64,000 nucleotides of DNA from Treponemataceae bacterium (GTDB lineage Bacteria > Spirochaetota > Spirochaetia > Treponematales > Rectinemataceae), in the NCBI GenBank assembly GCA_963667725.2, contig CAXXHO010000003.1, forward strand, positions 1,824,001 to 1,888,000, in the 5' to 3' direction. Every line of letters starts with the position of its first letter. Within the stretch, counting starts at the first letter, position 1. This document shows, piece by piece, positions 28,801-37,593 of the stretch. Below the pieces are notes generated by a model. That model had not been told where the DNA came from and made no database searches. It was given only the letters and a program-made list of their open reading frames with translations. The position numbers and the translations under genes are program-made.

Positions 28801-29122
28801 CGGCCGGCAGAGAAAGGCTTCTCCATTCGTTTTCGCCATAAGGGTAGAAACCGAAGTAATCGGATTTTTCATTATAGAGCTGTCTGGACCCCAGTTTCGC
28901 GATTTTCTCGTTTTTCAGCACCCAGAAAAAGCCGGCGTGTTCGCGGTAATCGGGATAGGGAACGGTCTTGTCCACAGCCCATATGTTGAGTTCGCGCGAT
29001 GGGGCTACCTGCCACAAGATGAAAGGAGCCAGAACGAGGAGGACCGTTCCGGCCGTGATCGCGACGAGAAGGATGCTCAGGATCATCATCGCGGAACGTT
29101 GCCCGATACCAGAAGTCTTCAT
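25868..29122 (-). CDS. Membrane-anchored two-domain protein: uncharacterised N-terminal domain + clan GH-A-like glycoside hydrolase
   Basis: N-terminal TM; DKTVP..YREH/DTYGVY domain; then VRGVNMG, NANTIRIYT, GRE, YHIYPNYP, AEFG, FEWMDEW TIM-barrel motifs. Confidence 0.72.
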   Translation of the reverse strand: MKTSGIGQRSAMMILSILLVAITAGTVLLVLAPFILWQVAPSRELNIWAVDKTVPYPDYREHAGFFWVLKNEKIAKLGSRQLYNEKSDYFGFYPYGENEWRSLSLPADGQRPDIVYITDTYGVYKDDYMQKKLAGEISSKLYGALTTEDIQTIRKNLGAGNTFMAEFNSAASPTNLRDRLTLGRLLGIQWNGWIGKYFEDLTAGKEVPAWVISNYAAQTGKQWNFFGRGYILISDEDHVEVLTEMEDIGKNGLKFSFRDPWAEALKSKKPISYRYWFEWTIPDSGSETVADYTLDLTASGKAKLDSLGLPTTFPAILLYKNPQYSGWYFAGDFADLQAISTPYGMKGISWLKKLLIDDSVDSNAYFFWKAYVPLIRSILRDAEKAKVARTLMSGEHGELRVNVRAFGKGFQLRDKDGIWKDLFVRGVNMGFAEPGMYFTNFPEDVSTYRRWLEGIADMNANTIRIYTLPPPEFYKALSIHNTEHPDRTLYLLQEIWPEENPANGDYLAPEYRESFLKEIDYGIDAVYGRANVPERKGRAWGIYTADVSKWLLGWLVGRELESEEVMETDERNKHAAYAGKYVSAGLEATPTEVWLAESLDEVASIEAARYGQLHPVSLVSWPTLDPKEHDSEWDPATGKKNKGNDRASVTIDHFEITPAMTAGLFGAYHIYPNYPDFMNNEIAYGSYEDEEGPLRYGGYLREFMESHRRYPALVAEFGLANGSGIAHFAPDGLHHGGIDETAAGEGILRMMDAIRKEGYAGGVIFEWMDEWVKKTWTTETLMIPYDRHVLWHNAVDPEQNYGLMANEVLTPERPDVTYKGNGIVDSMELSVDASYLNITIKLKRAPDFAAEEILVGLDTLGRELGQMLWPVGNMKTSSGLEFVFRLSSADKADLLVIPTYNTAMSRFATVRLSDGQFQRISMLVNGSARTKDGRNIAEKRFDASALRKGPFDEAGNLWNIQGSTISLRLPWTYINVTDPSSRQVLQDSRTGYFNPERDALDTVATDGFLVDAIVWDKKLGKTTGGIEINPSYPYFWKGWEEAPPYREKLKKSYYIVKDAWAAEAAVERLTEAAVERPAENSARP

Positions 29123-32100
29123 TTCTTGTCCTTGTCAGGCTGATTTCCGGCTGGCCCCGAAGCCACGCCGGAAGAGGAGAAGCCCTTTCTTTCCATCTTG
29201 CCCCAGCCTTTCGGCTTTTTCATGGCGCTCAGGAATCCGAACACGCGCCACATAGAAAACAGCTGCCGGGGGCCGAAATTCTCGATGAGGGCGATGGCGA
29301 GCATCTTCAGAGTGTCCTTATACGAGAAATAATAGATCTGCCGCTCCGCGATCAGCACCGAAGCCATGGAAATGAGGATACCCATGAAGACGGTCGAGAG
29401 AAAAAGAAGAATGGCGAGCTTGGCGCTTATCAAACCGAGAAGAGCCGCAAGAAAGACCATGAAATACCCTTGAATCTCAAAAAGCGGACCTATCATCTCG
29501 AAAATGAGAAAATACGACATTCCGAGCATACCCATTTTCCCGTAGGCGGGATTGAAAATCAGTTTTCTGTGGAAATACAGGATATCGATGAGCCCTCTAT
29601 GCCACCTGTCCCTCTGCCGCTTCAGGATATCTATGCTTTCCGGAACTTCCGTCCAGCAGTTGGCGTTATAGGCGTAGCTTATCCGGTATTTCTGCTTTTT
29701 TTCTCGCATATGCCTGGCCAGCCTCACGACGAGCTCCATGTCTTCTCCCACGGTATCCTTCCCGTATCTTTCGTTGCTGGTGAGATAGCCGCCTACGCTG
29801 ATCACCCGCTCCTTGCGGAAAAGACCGAAAGCACCGGATATGATGAGAAGCGTATTGATCTGCGCCCAGCCGAGCCTGCCGCACATGAAGGCTCTCAGAT
29901 ACTCGATGGTCTGCAGTTTGGCCAGGCTGTTGGCCGGAAGGGCTATGTGCGTGAGCTTTCCGCGGTCCACGCCGCATCCGTTTATGGGGAAAACGTTGCC
30001 GCCCATCGCGGGCGTCTCCACCCCGTAATCGAGGGTCATGGCGGCGACCTTTAGCAATGAGTCGGGCTCGAGAAGCGAATCGGCGTCTATGCCGCAGAAG
30101 TATTCCTTGGAAGCGATGTTGATGCCGGCGTTGAGCGAATCGGCTTTCCCGCCGTTATCCTTGTCCACGACGACGAGACGCGGGTAAAGAGGATTCATGT
30201 AGATTCCCCTCACCGAGGCCGTCTTGAGCCTTTGTGTGTAATAGTGATCTGTCCGTTTGAGAGCGTAGTAGGAGATGAGGCTGTTCAGCGTGCCGTCACG
30301 CGATCCGTCATTGACGACGACCAGTTCGTAGTCGGGATACTTGAGATTGAGCAGGGAGCTCGTACTCTCTATGATCGTCTTCTCTTCGTTGAATGCCGGG
30401 GCGATGATGGAGACCGAAGGAAGTATGCGCGGCTTGAAAAGGAAGGACATCGTCTTTAGATTCCAGAGCCTGGTAGATGATTTCACCTTCACGGTCGAGA
30501 GCAGGAGAAGAACGATGTATATCGCGTTGATCGCCATCGAATACCAGGCAAAGTTGTAGTTCACGTCCACGACGTAGGTTTTCAGCTGCACGAGCGGCGG
30601 GATGGAACCTATCTGGTTGCCATGGCTTAAAAAGTAAATCGCGGGAAAAAGCAGAAGCGATCCGATCAATATCATATAGAGCCGACGCACCATTTTCCAG
30701 TCCCGTTTTTCTTCGCGCTTCTTGACGGGAACCGTGATTCTCCGGAAACCGCATTTCTCGATGAGGCGATCGGGAAGATAGAGTCCGCATTCCGTCCTCA
30801 GCCTTTCGCTTCCATCGGCTTCTTCGCGTATGATGGCGATTACGGCTTCTTCCAGAGCCTCATCCTTGTTCAGTTTCAGAAATTCGATGATCTCCGAAAC
30901 CTTCCCGAGCCTGATGACCTCGCTTATGAGCCGGGCCGATTTTTCCTTCTCCTTCCCCGATAGTTTGGTTATGAAATATTCGATCTTTCCAGCCAGTATT
31001 TCAGCCAGGCTCTGGGCAATGTTCTTGTCGGTCGTTTTCTCGAAAGCATCCACGACTGACGGAATGAGCCGCGGATGCGCCATCAGAATCCGTGAGAGGC
31101 CGATTTTTGCCGGTATCGCCGTCTGCTCATCTCCGAGATAGCGCAGCAGCGTATCGATGTCATCCTGGCCGTTTCCGCCGCCGAGGGAGCGCACCGCGAT
31201 GGCTCGGATATCCTTGTCTTCATGTTCGAGGAACTCCGTGGAATTCAATACATCGCCATAGAATTTTTCGATGCACTCGGCCGCTTTCAGCATGAGCCTA
31301 TGATGGTTCTCCACGGGGTGTTGGCTCGTGACAAGGAGATTGAAATGCCTGCAGTGAAAATCCGGCGAGACGCTGCCTTTGTATTTGCATTGCCTTCGCT
31401 GGTCGTCGGCGATGGTCTGGCCGTGGCGGCAGAAGGCGCAGCATTTTTCGGGACAGCCCTCTACCAATGCCGAGAGCCGGGCTATCTCGGCCTGTCCCCC
31501 CGAGAGCATCGCTACGAGATACTCCTTGAGGTCTTCGGAAACATAGGTGATGGATATGTCCAGAAAGAGCTCGAGTATCTCGCTGCCTTCGCGCCAGAAA
31601 TACCCGCGCAGATAATCTGAAGCTTCCGGACCGAAGGAAGCGATGAGGAGATTCACTTTATCGCGATACCAGCGATGGGCGCCTATCAGGCTCTCGACGA
31701 GTACGTTCAGGGACCGGGGATCCCCGATTTCAGCCAACGCGTTCGCGATGAAAAGCTTGACGGGAAATTCCTTTTCGGCAAGAAGAGCTTTTTCAAGTAT
31801 CGCGCGGGCATCGTCGCTCCTAATCAAGGACAGTCCCAGGGAGGCTTCCATCCGCTCGTAGCGGCTTTGATACCTGATTCTTCTCTTGAGGATGGATTCC
31901 AGCCTTTCCGACCTGGCCAGGCTGAGAATCCTGAGATGCTCGTGTTCGGGAAGCTGTATGGACTGTTTCAGGCGAAGGTAATTATCGAAGAGCCTGCTCA
32001 CTCTTTTCTTGTCCCACTTGGTGCCTGTCTCGAAAAGATGGTTGAGTTGGGCGATTTCCCTTTGTCGCCGCTCATCCGAGAGCGCAAGCCTGGATTTGTT

Positions 32101-32184
32101 GATCAACGTCGTTAAAATGACGAAGATATCGAACCAAAGGAAAAAAATTACGGCGAGCAGTATGAATTCTATCTCGAGATTCAT
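29119..32184 (-). CDS. HEAT-repeat + processive family-2 glycosyltransferase fusion (PgaC/IcaA-like synthase)
   Basis: HEAT-like repeats (IANALAEIGDPRSL, IRAIAVRSLG); GT2 motifs PAFNEE, NDGSRD, NGGKADSLN, DADS, GED, QRDRW; C-terminal TMs and WGKMERKG. Confidence 0.88.
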   Translation of the reverse strand: MNLEIEFILLAVIFFLWFDIFVILTTLINKSRLALSDERRQREIAQLNHLFETGTKWDKKRVSRLFDNYLRLKQSIQLPEHEHLRILSLARSERLESILKRRIRYQSRYERMEASLGLSLIRSDDARAILEKALLAEKEFPVKLFIANALAEIGDPRSLNVLVESLIGAHRWYRDKVNLLIASFGPEASDYLRGYFWREGSEILELFLDISITYVSEDLKEYLVAMLSGGQAEIARLSALVEGCPEKCCAFCRHGQTIADDQRRQCKYKGSVSPDFHCRHFNLLVTSQHPVENHHRLMLKAAECIEKFYGDVLNSTEFLEHEDKDIRAIAVRSLGGGNGQDDIDTLLRYLGDEQTAIPAKIGLSRILMAHPRLIPSVVDAFEKTTDKNIAQSLAEILAGKIEYFITKLSGKEKEKSARLISEVIRLGKVSEIIEFLKLNKDEALEEAVIAIIREEADGSERLRTECGLYLPDRLIEKCGFRRITVPVKKREEKRDWKMVRRLYMILIGSLLLFPAIYFLSHGNQIGSIPPLVQLKTYVVDVNYNFAWYSMAINAIYIVLLLLSTVKVKSSTRLWNLKTMSFLFKPRILPSVSIIAPAFNEEKTIIESTSSLLNLKYPDYELVVVNDGSRDGTLNSLISYYALKRTDHYYTQRLKTASVRGIYMNPLYPRLVVVDKDNGGKADSLNAGINIASKEYFCGIDADSLLEPDSLLKVAAMTLDYGVETPAMGGNVFPINGCGVDRGKLTHIALPANSLAKLQTIEYLRAFMCGRLGWAQINTLLIISGAFGLFRKERVISVGGYLTSNERYGKDTVGEDMELVVRLARHMREKKQKYRISYAYNANCWTEVPESIDILKRQRDRWHRGLIDILYFHRKLIFNPAYGKMGMLGMSYFLIFEMIGPLFEIQGYFMVFLAALLGLISAKLAILLFLSTVFMGILISMASVLIAERQIYYFSYKDTLKMLAIALIENFGPRQLFSMWRVFGFLSAMKKPKGWGKMERKGFSSSGVASGPAGNQPDKDKK

Positions 32185-34214
32185 CTCCCCGCCCCTGCCG
32201 ATGTCATGTTCCGGACAATCCCTAAAAGTTCAGGGAGAAGATAAGGTTTTTTCAGATAATGATCGATGCCCAGTTTATACGCTCTGGAAACGGATTTTTC
32301 ATCCTTCCGGTGGGATAAAAGCACGAAAGGAATGTCCTTGGTTCCCGATTTCCTCGAAAGGGCTTCCTTGAGCATGAGGCCGTCGATCTTGGGAACCATG
32401 AGTTCCGAGATGATGAGATCGTAGCCTTCCTCGCTTATTTTTTTCAGGGCCTCGGCGCCGTCTTCGGCTATGGCGACGGAATAATCGGCATTCTCCAGAA
32501 AGGTCCTTATGACGCCCGCGTTCACGGTATCGTCGTCGACGATCAGTATATTCGCCTTGGATTCGACCTCCGTACCGACCTCGGACGACGAACATATGGT
32601 ATCGCCGCCGCGCCTCTTCGCCAAACGCAATCGTTTCAAGCCGATCTCGGAGAGCGAGCCCCCAGCCTCGGCGGGATCCGTGATCGACGACTTGATTTCG
32701 GCTATCGCGACGAGGCCGATGGATATGGTGATCGGCTCTATGAAAGATCTGGAGATCTCGACACTCTTCCTAATATGCTCGCAAAGATCGTTCGCTTCAT
32801 GGAAAACGATGCGCGGCATCCAAATCGCGAAGGTCGCTCCGTGCAGACGGAAAACAGGCTGGCTCGCCGACTTTAGATCGAGCACGATCCTGGTAACACC
32901 CTTGAGAACGGCCTCCACTTCGCGCGGCCCATATTGATACTCGATCGAGGAAATGGCCTCATCGATGCCGATAACGGCCAGGACATCGTCTTCCATCCCT
33001 TCCGCGTCCAGCGAAAGCGAGGCTTGCTCGTCGATGAAATTGCGGAAGAAGGCTTCGTTGTAGAGTCCGGTGGTGGTGTCCCTCAGCTGGGATTCATTCG
33101 CCTGACCGTAAGCCTGTATGAGCTGTTCGTTCAGCTGCCTGAGTCTGGCGACTTCCTGCCCGAGCTCCTCGAAATTCCGCTCCGCTTCCTTAAGGATGGA
33201 AGCGTATATCGCGGGACGCTTTATGCCGAATTCCTCGCAGAGCTTGGCCACGAAAGGTTCCAGCAAGGTTAACGCGGAATGGCCCTGCACCAGATAAATC
33301 GTGTCGGCGAGCCTGTTCCACAGGTCCAAGCCAGCCGGCGCGGCGTTGACGATAGCGCCTGTCTCAGTATCCAATTCAAGCCCAAGCTTGAGGGCAATAG
33401 TGTCAGCTAACTTCTGTCCGTAAACGGCGGAAAAACGGGCTAAAAGATGCCTGACAGGCTTGAGGGACCCGCTGAAATCGCCCAGGTTTTTTTTGGGTGA
33501 ACCCAGCAAGGTGCCGCATTCCAGGGTTCGAAGCTCGTCGATATATGTCTTGATGTCGCGGTCGATTATCGATCCATGCTGAGGCAGTATGGCCACGAGT
33601 TCGAGACAGGAGAAGATTTCCATCACCGGTCCCAATATTTCGTGGGAGGGCATGTAGTGTTCATGGAAGGTTTTCATCCCTTCCATATAGTCTTTCCCCG
33701 CATGGAGGGACCACTCGGGCGTAAAGGCGCCAAAAAGGTCGCTGGATAGAAGGAACTTGGCCTGTCTGTCGTAGGTTGCGATGGCGCCGGGAAAGTGAAG
33801 ATAGGCCGTCGGTATGAAGCGCAGCGCTCTCCCCGAGGCAAGGGTGAGAAGATACCCATGCTCGTCCACCAGGTAAGCAGGCGACTTGATCCCGTAGAAA
33901 CGCACCAGCGTCCAGGTTCTCCAGTGCGTGACGATGGTGAAGCGCATCCCGAGCGCCTCAAGATGGGGTACAGCAGAAGCGAGATCGGGGTCCTGGTGGG
34001 ACAGCACGATGTATTTGACTTTTTCGAGCGGAATTATGGAGGCGACATTGGCTGCCACCTCATTCACGTCAAGGACCGAGCCAGGATCGAACAGGACGGC
34101 TTCTTCTCCCTCGACAAGCAGATAGGGATTGCACTGCAGGCTGTCGGTTGCGGCCTGGGCGCCGACCCAGTAATAGCCTGATCCAAGGGATTCGCTCACG
34201 CTTCCTGACGCCAT
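32181..34214 (-). CDS. ODP-type MBL-fold di-iron sensor + degenerate GGDEF + atypical receiver domain
   Basis: QCNPYL, DPGS, HQDPD, HWR, HFPG, SSDLFG, FHEHYMPS, PQHG; DTTTGLYN...RLHGATF...AKRRGGD; ILIVDDD...DLIISE...KP. RBS AGGAG before ATG 34214. Confidence 0.85.
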   Translation of the reverse strand: MASGSVSESLGSGYYWVGAQAATDSLQCNPYLLVEGEEAVLFDPGSVLDVNEVAANVASIIPLEKVKYIVLSHQDPDLASAVPHLEALGMRFTIVTHWRTWTLVRFYGIKSPAYLVDEHGYLLTLASGRALRFIPTAYLHFPGAIATYDRQAKFLLSSDLFGAFTPEWSLHAGKDYMEGMKTFHEHYMPSHEILGPVMEIFSCLELVAILPQHGSIIDRDIKTYIDELRTLECGTLLGSPKKNLGDFSGSLKPVRHLLARFSAVYGQKLADTIALKLGLELDTETGAIVNAAPAGLDLWNRLADTIYLVQGHSALTLLEPFVAKLCEEFGIKRPAIYASILKEAERNFEELGQEVARLRQLNEQLIQAYGQANESQLRDTTTGLYNEAFFRNFIDEQASLSLDAEGMEDDVLAVIGIDEAISSIEYQYGPREVEAVLKGVTRIVLDLKSASQPVFRLHGATFAIWMPRIVFHEANDLCEHIRKSVEISRSFIEPITISIGLVAIAEIKSSITDPAEAGGSLSEIGLKRLRLAKRRGGDTICSSSEVGTEVESKANILIVDDDTVNAGVIRTFLENADYSVAIAEDGAEALKKISEEGYDLIISELMVPKIDGLMLKEALSRKSGTKDIPFVLLSHRKDEKSVSRAYKLGIDHYLKKPYLLPELLGIVRNMTSAGAGR

Positions 34215-34362
34215 CGCGTACTCCTGCAATTCTGATGAATATAAGCTGGCTCAATTCACCGCATAAGACCGCTGTCTTTGATTATACAGCGCTCCAGTAT
34301 CATAATAATGCATAATGATACGCTTAGTAAGACTTTTTGCCCTATGCCCCTGCATATTTCAT

Positions 34363-34391
34363 TTGACAGCGAAAAAAGGCAAGGGTATGCT
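34363..34391 (+). promoter_or_regulatory. Sigma-70 promoter of cstA
   Basis: TTGACA-17 bp-TATGCT. Confidence 0.7.
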
Positions 34392-34420
34392 ACGTTATCC
34401 GTTTTTTGCAGGAGGACTGC

Positions 34421-36124
34421 ATGTCTACACTAATTGCGTTGGTAGCGCTTGCTATCTACGTGGTGTTCTACTTTACTTACGGTAAGAACATCCGTGACAA
34501 GCTGCTCAAAAGCGACAAAGCTGCCGAAGCCCCGTCCAAAAGGCTGTCGGATGGCGTCGACTATGTTCCGACGTCCAAGTATGTCCTGTTTGGCCACCAC
34601 TTCGCGTCCATCGCCGGCGCAGGACCCATCACCGGTCCCGCAATGGCCGTCGCATGGGGCTGGCTGCCTGGACTTCTCTGGATCTGGTTCGGCAACATCT
34701 TTCTCGGCGCTATCCATGACTATCTATCCCTCGCCGCGTCGGTCCGCTATGACGGACGTTCGATGCAGTTCGTCGCACAGGACCTGATCGGCAAGAAAGC
34801 AGGAAAAACTTTCAGCTGGTTCATCCTCTTCCTCTGCGTCCTGGTCGTCGCCGCATTCGGCGACATCGTCGCCGGACAATTCGCCGCCGACGGTCGCGTC
34901 TTCTTCTCTTTCGTCTTCTTCTGTGTTGCGGCTGTCATAGCCGGCTATTTTATGTACAAGTCCAAGCTGGGCCTCGGAAAGGGCACGATCATCGGCATCG
35001 CCCTCATCATCGTGGCATTCTGGCTCGGCGACAAGTTCGCCGGCGTGAAGTGGAGCAAGGATGTCTATTTCATCATCATCGGGGTATACATCATTCTGGC
35101 CTCGACGCTCCCCGTCAACCTGCTTCTGCAGCCGCGAGACTATCTGTCGTCATTCTTCCTTTATTTCGGTCTTCTCGCGGGCGGCATCGCCGCGATCATC
35201 AGCGCCAAGGCCCTGGATGCCATTCCCGTATTCACCAGCTTCAGCGCCAAGCTGATCGGCCCCGCCGGCAATCTCCAGCCTTCGCCCTTCTGGCCGACCG
35301 TACCTCTCATTATCGCCTGCGGCGCCCTGTCGGGCTTCCATTCCCTCGTCGCCGCCGGAACCTCTTCCAAGCAGCTTAAGGAAGAAAAAGAGGCTCTCTT
35401 TGTCGGTTACGGCGCCATGCTTGTGGAAGGTTTCCTTTCCACCCTCGTCGTCATCTCCATCGCGGGATTCGGCGCCATCGCCCTCGGCGACAAACTCATG
35501 GCAACGCCGGCTCTCGGCCGATTTGTCCAGTCTTTCGCTACGATGGTCAGCACCCAGATTCCCTTCCTTCCCAAGAGCTTCATGTCGCTTTTCGCCGCGG
35601 TATGGGTATCGACCTTCGCTCTCACCACACTGGACACGACAAACCGCCTTGGCCGCTACATCATCCAGGAAATGGTTCTTCCCCTCAAGGAAACGAAGCC
35701 TGGCGTGTTTAAGACCCTGGGCAACAAGTGGGTAGCTTCCATCATCATCGCCGTCGTTGGCATCTTCCTCGCCAAAAGCGGTGGCTACACGGTCATCTGG
35801 CCGGCCTTCTCCGGAGCCAACCAGCTTCTGGCCTCCATTGTCATGCTTACGCTCGCCATGTGGGTCAAGAAGAAGCTCGATCCCAAGTATATCAACATGG
35901 TATTAGTGCCGGCGTATCTGCTGTGGTTCACCGTCACCGTCGCCCTCATCTGGTACGAAGTGGTCATCGTCCCCGTCTTCTTCGTCGATATGGCGAAGTC
36001 GATGAATGTGATCACCGGCGTCGTGGTTGGAGCGATCAATCTCTTCATGCTCATCCTCAGCTTCATCATGCTGTTCGCTTTCAGGAAGAGCTGGAAGTCC
36101 GCTGAATTCGCTAAAGACTATTGA
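34421..36124 (+). CDS. cstA: Carbon starvation protein A family transporter
   Basis: DGVDYVPT, FGHHFASIAGAGPITGP, LLQPRDY, IACGALSGFHS, TTLDT, WPAFSGANQLLA. Confidence 0.93.
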   Translation: MSTLIALVALAIYVVFYFTYGKNIRDKLLKSDKAAEAPSKRLSDGVDYVPTSKYVLFGHHFASIAGAGPITGPAMAVAWGWLPGLLWIWFGNIFLGAIHDYLSLAASVRYDGRSMQFVAQDLIGKKAGKTFSWFILFLCVLVVAAFGDIVAGQFAADGRVFFSFVFFCVAAVIAGYFMYKSKLGLGKGTIIGIALIIVAFWLGDKFAGVKWSKDVYFIIIGVYIILASTLPVNLLLQPRDYLSSFFLYFGLLAGGIAAIISAKALDAIPVFTSFSAKLIGPAGNLQPSPFWPTVPLIIACGALSGFHSLVAAGTSSKQLKEEKEALFVGYGAMLVEGFLSTLVVISIAGFGAIALGDKLMATPALGRFVQSFATMVSTQIPFLPKSFMSLFAAVWVSTFALTTLDTTNRLGRYIIQEMVLPLKETKPGVFKTLGNKWVASIIIAVVGIFLAKSGGYTVIWPAFSGANQLLASIVMLTLAMWVKKKLDPKYINMVLVPAYLLWFTVTVALIWYEVVIVPVFFVDMAKSMNVITGVVVGAINLFMLILSFIMLFAFRKSWKSAEFAKDY

Positions 36125-36180
36125 CGATAGCATTCAGGCATGCAGGCCTGCGCGCCTGATTGATGCCTGATCGAATCAGG

Positions 36181-36218
36181 AAGAGCCCAGGGGTATTCAA
36201 ACTCCCGGGCTCTTTTTT
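36181..36218 (+). terminator. Intrinsic terminator after cstA
   Basis: AAGAGCCCAGG...CCCGGGCTCTT followed by a T-run. Confidence 0.72.
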
Positions 36219-36354
36219 CTGTTATGACAATCGACGCGACAGCCACCGGTATGACAGCTGTCGGCGCTTGCCCGCATGAGTCTCCCAGTAGTATAGTCAC
36301 ACCTGAGCCTGCAGCCTGAAGTAAAGTGCTCAGCCTCGGTAAAAGGAAATCCAG

Positions 36355-36636
36355 ATGCCTTCAAAGCTCGAACATTGGATACGGTCGGCGATAAAAGTGA
36401 TCACCCAAGTCAACAGGGAAAAGGCGACTGGCATTCTCGAATTTGAGACTCATGAATTGGAGAATATTTTCGCCCTTCTTGTGCTTGGAGGATTCGCCGG
36501 ACTCCCTTCCCCGCCTTCTCCGATAGCGGTCGAGCTTCTCCCCTATATGGAGAAAGAATTGCTTATGCTTCTCTCCCGCACCGATCTAGCCCAGGATCCT
36601 ATAGGCGTGCTTGCCAGCATGCTTGAAGTGGGCTGA
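36355..36636 (+). CDS. Small hypothetical protein associated with CstA/ArsA loci
   Basis: 93 aa; ELENIFALLVLG.F.GLPSPP...ELLPY; RBS AAGGA. Confidence 0.7.
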   Translation: MPSKLEHWIRSAIKVITQVNREKATGILEFETHELENIFALLVLGGFAGLPSPPSPIAVELLPYMEKELLMLLSRTDLAQDPIGVLASMLEVG

Positions 36637-36645
36637 GGATATACG

Positions 36646-37593
36646 ATGAACAAGACCGTTTTTTTCCTGGGCAAGGGCGGGGTTGGCAAGACAACGCTGT
36701 CGAGCGCCTTCGCCTTGAGTCTCGCCAGAATGGGCAAAAAAGTGCTCATCGCCTCGCTTGACCCAGCCCATAATCTGGGCGATGCCCTCGATATTCAGCT
36801 TACAGGTCAGGCGAAAAACGCTGAGCCCAACCTGGACGCCCTCGAAGTTGACCTTGCCTACTGGGTGGACAAGTATCTTGATGACAGCCGGAGACAGCTG
36901 AAATCGAATTATTCCTACAATGTGACCCTCAACCTCGATTCATTCTTCAATATCCTGAAGTATGCTCCCGGCACCGAGGAATACGCCGTACTGTGGGCGA
37001 TAGAGGATATAAATACCAGGCTGGGACCTCTCTACGATGTCGTCGTATTCGACACACCGCCAACCGCCCTCTCTCTTCGCTTTCTCTCCCTTCCGACAAT
37101 TTCAGGTCTTTGGGTAAAAGAATTGAGTAAACTGCGGGAAACCATCCTGAGTAAACGGCAGACTATCACAAGGCTCAATCCCGAATCGCCGGTGGCCGAG
37201 AGTTGCGTTGACAAGGACGATGATAAGGTCTACGGCCAGCTCAAGGGTATCGGAGCAAGGCTTCGCGGTCTCGAGCATCTTTTCGCCTGCGAAAGTTTCC
37301 TGTCGGTCATCGTGAACCCGGACCAGCTCTCGATAGATGAGGCCTTGCGGATACAGGACGAGCTGACGAAACTGGGCATTCCGCTATCCGCGGTCTGTAT
37401 CAACAAACAGGGCGTATCGGATATGGTCTGGGAACAGAATCCTTCGCTAGCCCGATATCCACAATTCACTTACGATTTTTCGCGCGGTGGCATCTCGACG
37501 AGGGAGGATCTCCTCAGCATAGACACCGGCCCCCTCGCTGACCTGTTTTTGAAAAACACACAGAATCCCATCATTGAGAGGAAGAAAAAATAA
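36646..37593 (+). CDS. Single-domain ArsA/Get3-family ATPase
   Basis: GKGGVGKTT deviant Walker A, DPAHNL, PGTEE, DTPPT. Confidence 0.9.
   Translation: MNKTVFFLGKGGVGKTTLSSAFALSLARMGKKVLIASLDPAHNLGDALDIQLTGQAKNAEPNLDALEVDLAYWVDKYLDDSRRQLKSNYSYNVTLNLDSFFNILKYAPGTEEYAVLWAIEDINTRLGPLYDVVVFDTPPTALSLRFLSLPTISGLWVKELSKLRETILSKRQTITRLNPESPVAESCVDKDDDKVYGQLKGIGARLRGLEHLFACESFLSVIVNPDQLSIDEALRIQDELTKLGIPLSAVCINKQGVSDMVWEQNPSLARYPQFTYDFSRGGISTREDLLSIDTGPLADLFLKNTQNPIIERKKK

Noticed and set aside
36646..37593. Arsenic-resistance ArsA call
   Set aside because: Single domain, no ars operon genes, and no evident metalloid-binding Cys cluster.
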